A DNA stretch of 48,832 nt, from contig CAYPQA010000002.1 of NCBI GenBank assembly GCA_964412725.1, positions 1 through 48,832 of the forward strand. Direction: 5' to 3'. Both the position numbers and the translations under genes were made by a program. Below, in pieces: positions 44,013-48,832 of this stretch (position 1 is its first letter; every line of letters begins with the position of its first letter). The stretch comes from an uncultured Eubacteriales bacterium (GTDB lineage Bacteria; Bacillota; Clostridia; Lachnospirales; CAYPQA01). Below the pieces are notes generated by a model. That model did not search any database and was not told the DNA's origin. It was given only the letters and a program-made list of their open reading frames with translations.

Positions 44013-46639
44013 TGAAATTTTATTCTTGGAAAGATGTTGATAGATTTATTCAATTAAAAAAACCGGTTTGGATAGACAAAATAAATGCAATTGAGGTTTA
44101 CCCGTCAACTTTGATTTTGTATTCCCGCGGATCAAAAAAAGAAATATTCGATTTCTTTCATGATTTATTAGGTTCGTGTTTCAAATATGAGGATGAAACG
44201 CTGGTTTTAGATACAGGAAAGACCCTTGACGTTTTAATTGAGTCTTCCGATGAAATTGAAAAAGTTGAAACTCCTATAATACCTTTGTTTAAAAATATTA
44301 TTTATAGGAATTCATCATATCCGGAACTTTCTTCATTGAAAAAATTTGATAACGACTGTCCTATAATTGCTTTCCATTCATATAAGGGTGGCGTTGGCAG
44401 AACGCTTACCTTAATAGCCTTTGCAAAAGCTTGGGGAACGGTTTTTGAAAATCAATTAAACAATAAGCTTTTGATAATCGACTCAGATATAGAAGCACCA
44501 GGACTTACTAATCTTCAAGCCCACAATTCAATTGAAGTTTTTAGTTACTTGGACTTATTAGCACTGATTCAAGATAGCGATGATATAGATGAAATTGTTG
44601 AATTTGCTTGTAAAAATATTGTCCAGTCAACAATGGCATTAGAAAATGATATTAAAGTAATAGAACATTACTTCATTCCCACATATCGCTATGAGCAACA
44701 GCTGTTGGACATCTACGCAAACCCTGAGTCTATAACGAACGGCAAAAATAAAGAGTATATTTTAAGCGAGGTTCTATATAAGATAGGACTTAAGCTGGGA
44801 GTTTCCGCCGTGCTTGTTGACTTACGCACAGGGATAAGCGAATTTTCTTCAACTTTATTATTTGACCCAAGGGTGAAAAAATATCTTGTCACTTCAACAT
44901 CAATGCAGTCAATTAAAGGCACTAAGATGGTTTTAAGCCATATTTTAAAAGGCCTAAAAATACAAGAAGACTCTATATTACCACAAATAATACTTAGTAT
45001 GGTGCCATCAGATTTGGATACATCTGAAATTATTAATAGTTTATCCAGCTGTTATGATGTAGAAGATGAAGAATATGGGTTAACCGACAATGTTGTCGTA
45101 AGTTTAGAATTTGCAAGTGAATTGATTCACTTAACAACAGTGGAGCAAATACAGAGTAAACTTAATGACCGTGAAATGTATAATAATATAGTAAAATTTG
45201 TAAGAAACAATTTTTTACCTAAGAGCCAAAATGAAGTTTCTGATAATTTTGACAGGAAATCATTTATAGAAAGCGTTAATAATTTTGCTGAAAAGCAGAT
45301 CACAGCAGATAGTGCTTCAAGCTTTGAAATTCTCGTAACAAGTCCTATAAGAGCTTTAAAAAGAAAGTATGCAACCAGAATCCCATCTTCTGTGATAATG
45401 GGCGCTAAAGGTTCTGGTAAGACATTCTTGTTTCGAAAGTTAATTAATAATAAAGATTGGTTTTCATTTTGTGCAAGTTTGGATAAAGTGGCAAACTTTA
45501 AAAAAGGTGGTTATATACTACCAATTATTTGTCCCAAGAATGACATTGAAATGATAGATGACTTGTCAACCTGTATTGAAAACATTAATAAAGATATTAC
45601 AGGTGTAAGTGTATCCAAATTTGTTTGGAAAGAGAATTATGACAAATTAACTAAATTTAATGAAGCTGATCACACTGAGTCAGAGTGGAACTCTTTTTGG
45701 GAAAATTTAATAGTAAATTCAATTAATAAGGATTCTGTTAGTCCTTCTAATCTTGGATTTGTAAACGAAGGATTAGTATCAGCAAATGAGCAGATAGTCA
45801 TTGTTGTTGATGGACTTGAAGAAATTTTTAAAGAAACATCAAAGCGCCACTCGGAGAAGATTGCTGTGAGTACCTTGTGTCAAAACATAATTAACAATCT
45901 TTCATCAAGATATAGTCAAATTGGAGCTATTGTATTCTTAAGAAAAGACTTAGCACGTGAATCTATAGAGGTTAATTTTGCTCAATTTGAGCAAAGTCAC
46001 AAGGATTATGAATTAAAGTGGTCTTTTATTGAAGCTTTAAGGTTAGCCCTTTGGATTGTGTCTCAAGCCCAACCGAAATTTCTTGACAGAAATGTCGACG
46101 TTGAAAATGCCATATATAGCGTAATAGAGAGTAATTTAGAAAGATTTTGGGGGTTAAAGTTAGGAAAACCAACATCTAATGAGGCTTTTACTTCAAGATG
46201 GATTTTTGCCGCGCTTTCTGACTTTAATGGTATGCTACAAGCTCGCGACATAATAAGATTTCTGAAATACGCTACAGAAAATAGTGAAAGCAAGGTTTCT
46301 TATAACGATAGAATTATAATGCCGGGCGAAATAAGAAGCGCAGTTGCATCATGTAATCAGGAAAAGGTTTCAGAAATAGAACAAGAGATTCACTCCATTA
46401 AACCGATATTTGAAAAGTTGTCGAGAATAAGTAGTGAACTAAAAATATTACCTTTTACCAAGAATAGTATAGAATTGACTGTTCAGGAGGAAAAAACAAT
46501 GCAACAAGAAGGCTATCTTAGAGTTGAAGGCGACAACTACTATATTCCTGAAATAATTCGGCATGCGCTGGGATTTAGATATGCAAAGGGTGCAAGACCT
46601 AAAGTGCTTTCTCTAACATTAGGAAATTCAAAAAAATAA
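44009..46639 (+). CDS. KGGVGR-motif ParA/MinD-like ATPase fused to a second P-loop NTPase
   Basis: HSYKGGVGRT, IIDSDIEAPGL, VDLRTG; second Walker A GAKGSGKT and Walker B IVVDGLEE; ATGA overlap with the upstream gene; AT-rich. Confidence 0.8.
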   Translation: MMKFYSWKDVDRFIQLKKPVWIDKINAIEVYPSTLILYSRGSKKEIFDFFHDLLGSCFKYEDETLVLDTGKTLDVLIESSDEIEKVETPIIPLFKNIIYRNSSYPELSSLKKFDNDCPIIAFHSYKGGVGRTLTLIAFAKAWGTVFENQLNNKLLIIDSDIEAPGLTNLQAHNSIEVFSYLDLLALIQDSDDIDEIVEFACKNIVQSTMALENDIKVIEHYFIPTYRYEQQLLDIYANPESITNGKNKEYILSEVLYKIGLKLGVSAVLVDLRTGISEFSSTLLFDPRVKKYLVTSTSMQSIKGTKMVLSHILKGLKIQEDSILPQIILSMVPSDLDTSEIINSLSSCYDVEDEEYGLTDNVVVSLEFASELIHLTTVEQIQSKLNDREMYNNIVKFVRNNFLPKSQNEVSDNFDRKSFIESVNNFAEKQITADSASSFEILVTSPIRALKRKYATRIPSSVIMGAKGSGKTFLFRKLINNKDWFSFCASLDKVANFKKGGYILPIICPKNDIEMIDDLSTCIENINKDITGVSVSKFVWKENYDKLTKFNEADHTESEWNSFWENLIVNSINKDSVSPSNLGFVNEGLVSANEQIVIVVDGLEEIFKETSKRHSEKIAVSTLCQNIINNLSSRYSQIGAIVFLRKDLARESIEVNFAQFEQSHKDYELKWSFIEALRLALWIVSQAQPKFLDRNVDVENAIYSVIESNLERFWGLKLGKPTSNEAFTSRWIFAALSDFNGMLQARDIIRFLKYATENSESKVSYNDRIIMPGEIRSAVASCNQEKVSEIEQEIHSIKPIFEKLSRISSELKILPFTKNSIELTVQEEKTMQQEGYLRVEGDNYYIPEIIRHALGFRYAKGARPKVLSLTLGNSKK

Positions 46640-46711
46640 GCTGACCAATTGTTTATAAGTTTTAGGTCAGTATGGTAATAATGTTCATTTCAAAAAAGGG
46701 GTTGTATTATT

Positions 46712-46939
46712 GTGAAATGCCCGTATTGCGGAGAAGAGATGAAACCCGGAACACTTACCGGTGACGGCAGGGCTAAGGTAAGGTGGAAGGTGCAAGGAGA
46801 AAAGATTGGTATATCAGATAAGTTATTTACTGAAAAAGGCTGTGTTAGGGCTAATTATACTTTTACTGAATTTCAAATCCCCAGTGACTATTGTAATAAG
46901 TGTGACAAAATTATTATAGATGCACATCTTTCTAAATAA
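46712..46939 (+). CDS. Small zinc-ribbon protein (PF20097/DUF6487-like)
   Basis: MKCPYCGEEMKPG...YCNKCDKIII, two CxxC pairs; AAGGGG RBS. Confidence 0.75.
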   Translation: MKCPYCGEEMKPGTLTGDGRAKVRWKVQGEKIGISDKLFTEKGCVRANYTFTEFQIPSDYCNKCDKIIIDAHLSK

Positions 46940-47054
46940 GTAGCATGAAACCAAACGAAAAACTTACCATAAAGTTTATTCATATCTATTAGTAAACCGT
47001 GTTACAAGCGTCAGGAACTTAGACGATTGAATATAAATTAAAAAGGGGACTATT

Positions 47055-48710
47055 ATGAAAACAGACATTGAAATTACGAGAGAACGCCCTATGCTGCATA
47101 TAGCGGAGGTTGCAGAGAGGTTTGGTATTGAGGGCTTGGAGCAGTACGGTAATTATAAGGCTAAGCTGTCGGTTAGCGATGAAGTTATGCAAAGACCCAA
47201 CGGTAAGCTTGTGCTTGTTACAGCGATAAATCCAACTCCTGCGGGTGAGGGCAAGACTACAACGACAGTCGGGCTTTCGCAGGCATTGAATATCTTGGGT
47301 AAAAAGACCGTTGTTGCATTGAGGGAACCCTCGTTGGGGCCTTGTATGGGCGTTAAGGGCGGAGCAGCCGGAGGAGGTTATTCTCAGGTTGTGCCGATGG
47401 AGGATATAAACCTGCACTTTACAGGCGACTTCCATGCCATAACAAGTGCGCACAACCTGCTGTCGGCTATGATAGACAATTCAATTCACCAAGGCAACCC
47501 GCTAAACATTGATATAAACAGCATAACGTGGCCGCGTGCGTTGGATATGAATGATAGAGCGTTGCGTAATGTTGTTGTAGGTATGGGACGCGGTAACGGA
47601 CAGGTTAGAGAGGATAGGTTCATAATAACCGTTGCGTCGGAGATTATGGCTATATTGTGCCTGTCTGTTTCGCTTGACGACTTAAAGACCAGACTGGGAA
47701 ATATAATCGTTGCGCAGAGCAAGGATAAAAAACCTGTGCGAGCAAGGGACTTGCAAGCTGAGGATGCTATGGCTATATTGCTCAGGGATGCTATAAAGCC
47801 GAACCTTGTGCAGACGCTTGAGGGCACACCGGCTATAATTCATGGCGGCCCATTCGCAAACATAGCACATGGCTGTAACTCTATTCTTGCAACACGTCTT
47901 GCGCTCAAGTATGGTGACATATGCGTTACAGAAGCGGGTTTTGGTGCAGATTTGGGTGCGGAGAAATTTTTGAACATAAAATGTCGCCTTGGTAACCTCA
48001 AACCCGATGCGGTCGTCATTGTAGCAACAATACGCGCGTTGAAATATAACGGCGGCGTTGACAAGGCATCATTGGGTACTGAGAATTTGGCGGCACTTGA
48101 AAAAGGCTTTTGCAACCTTCAAAAGCATATGGAAAACATAAAAAAGTTTGGACTGCCTTTTGTTGTTGCGCTTAATGTGTTTCCGACAGATACGGAAAAT
48201 GAGATTGAGTTTATGCGCACTAGGTGCATGGAAACCACGGGCGGTAATTTTGCAGTTTCGAGGGTTTTTGAAAAGGGCGGTCAAGGCGGCATAGAGCTTG
48301 CAGAGGCTGTGCTTGCGGCAATGGAGAAACAGAACGACTTTAATCAGTTATATGAACTTGAACAATCCATCGAGGAAAAAGCTACAATAATTGCAAAAGA
48401 GGTTTACGGTGCGTCGGGCATCAGATTCTCAGAGGCGGCTAAGAAAAGCCTTAAGTCCATTGCAAAGCTTGGTTATTCAAACCTGCCCGTTTGCATGGCA
48501 AAGACGCAATACAGCCTCTCTGACAATCCAGCGCTTCTCGGAAGACCCACAGACTTTATAATAAACGTATCCGAGGCACGTTTACTGGCCGGTGCGGGAT
48601 TTGTTGTGCTGCAAACTGGTGATATTATGACAATGCCCGGCCTCCCCAAAGTGCCTGCAGCTTGCAATATGAATGTTGACTCAGATGGGGTTATATCCGG
48701 ATTGAGCTAA
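47055..48710 (+). CDS. fhs: Formate--tetrahydrofolate ligase
   Basis: [66 protein letters not shown]. Confidence 0.98.
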   Translation: MKTDIEITRERPMLHIAEVAERFGIEGLEQYGNYKAKLSVSDEVMQRPNGKLVLVTAINPTPAGEGKTTTTVGLSQALNILGKKTVVALREPSLGPCMGVKGGAAGGGYSQVVPMEDINLHFTGDFHAITSAHNLLSAMIDNSIHQGNPLNIDINSITWPRALDMNDRALRNVVVGMGRGNGQVREDRFIITVASEIMAILCLSVSLDDLKTRLGNIIVAQSKDKKPVRARDLQAEDAMAILLRDAIKPNLVQTLEGTPAIIHGGPFANIAHGCNSILATRLALKYGDICVTEAGFGADLGAEKFLNIKCRLGNLKPDAVVIVATIRALKYNGGVDKASLGTENLAALEKGFCNLQKHMENIKKFGLPFVVALNVFPTDTENEIEFMRTRCMETTGGNFAVSRVFEKGGQGGIELAEAVLAAMEKQNDFNQLYELEQSIEEKATIIAKEVYGASGIRFSEAAKKSLKSIAKLGYSNLPVCMAKTQYSLSDNPALLGRPTDFIINVSEARLLAGAGFVVLQTGDIMTMPGLPKVPAACNMNVDSDGVISGLS

Positions 48711-48772
48711 GAGCCCGTTTAATATCTCCAATTTACGTACTTTCGGTTGATTTTTTGCTCTGCTAAGTCAAT

Positions 48773-48821
48773 GTCTGCTATATATGAGGAAATATAATTT
48801 CCAAATATATAGCAGACTTTT
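48773..48821 (+). terminator. Hairpin, possible terminator after fhs
   Basis: gtctgctatatat / atatatagcagac inverted repeat with inner ggaaat/atttcc, followed by tttt. Confidence 0.5.
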
Positions 48822-48832
48822 CTTCGAGTATG

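Noticed and set aside
46940-47054. ZTP or THF riboswitch upstream of fhs
   Set aside because: Short AT-rich region with no recognisable aptamer motif or expression-platform terminator.

Overview
The window holds the chromosomal replication-origin region of a low-GC Firmicute, most likely a spore-forming member of the Clostridia. The core is gyrA-gyrB-recF-dnaN-[oriC with DnaA boxes and DnaA-trios]-dnaA on the minus strand, divergent from rpmH-rnpA-yidD-yidC-jag-mnmE-mnmG-rsmG-noc. To the left are an autoregulated ABC exporter, tyrS, a DUF1700/PadR pair, two kinases and a C39 peptidase. To the right are cspA, a deacetylase-bactofilin-deacetylase cluster, tRNA-Leu(CAA), pyrH-frr-uppS-cdsA-(M28 peptidase)-dxr-rseP, a nuclease-helicase, asnB, ftsK/spoIIIE and fhs. 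Two items stand out. (1) tyrS has no recognisable T-box; instead it is preceded by an unannotated 27-aa leader peptide with a Tyr-Tyr-Tyr run and a complete set of mutually exclusive hairpins, i.e. a candidate ribosome-mediated tyrosine attenuator. (2) An AT-rich, translationally coupled two-gene insert after ftsK encodes a HEPN-like protein and a KGGVGR ParA-like/P-loop double ATPase, a candidate anti-phage or conflict system. All calls were made by eye from motifs and gene context; no database searches or folding programs were run.
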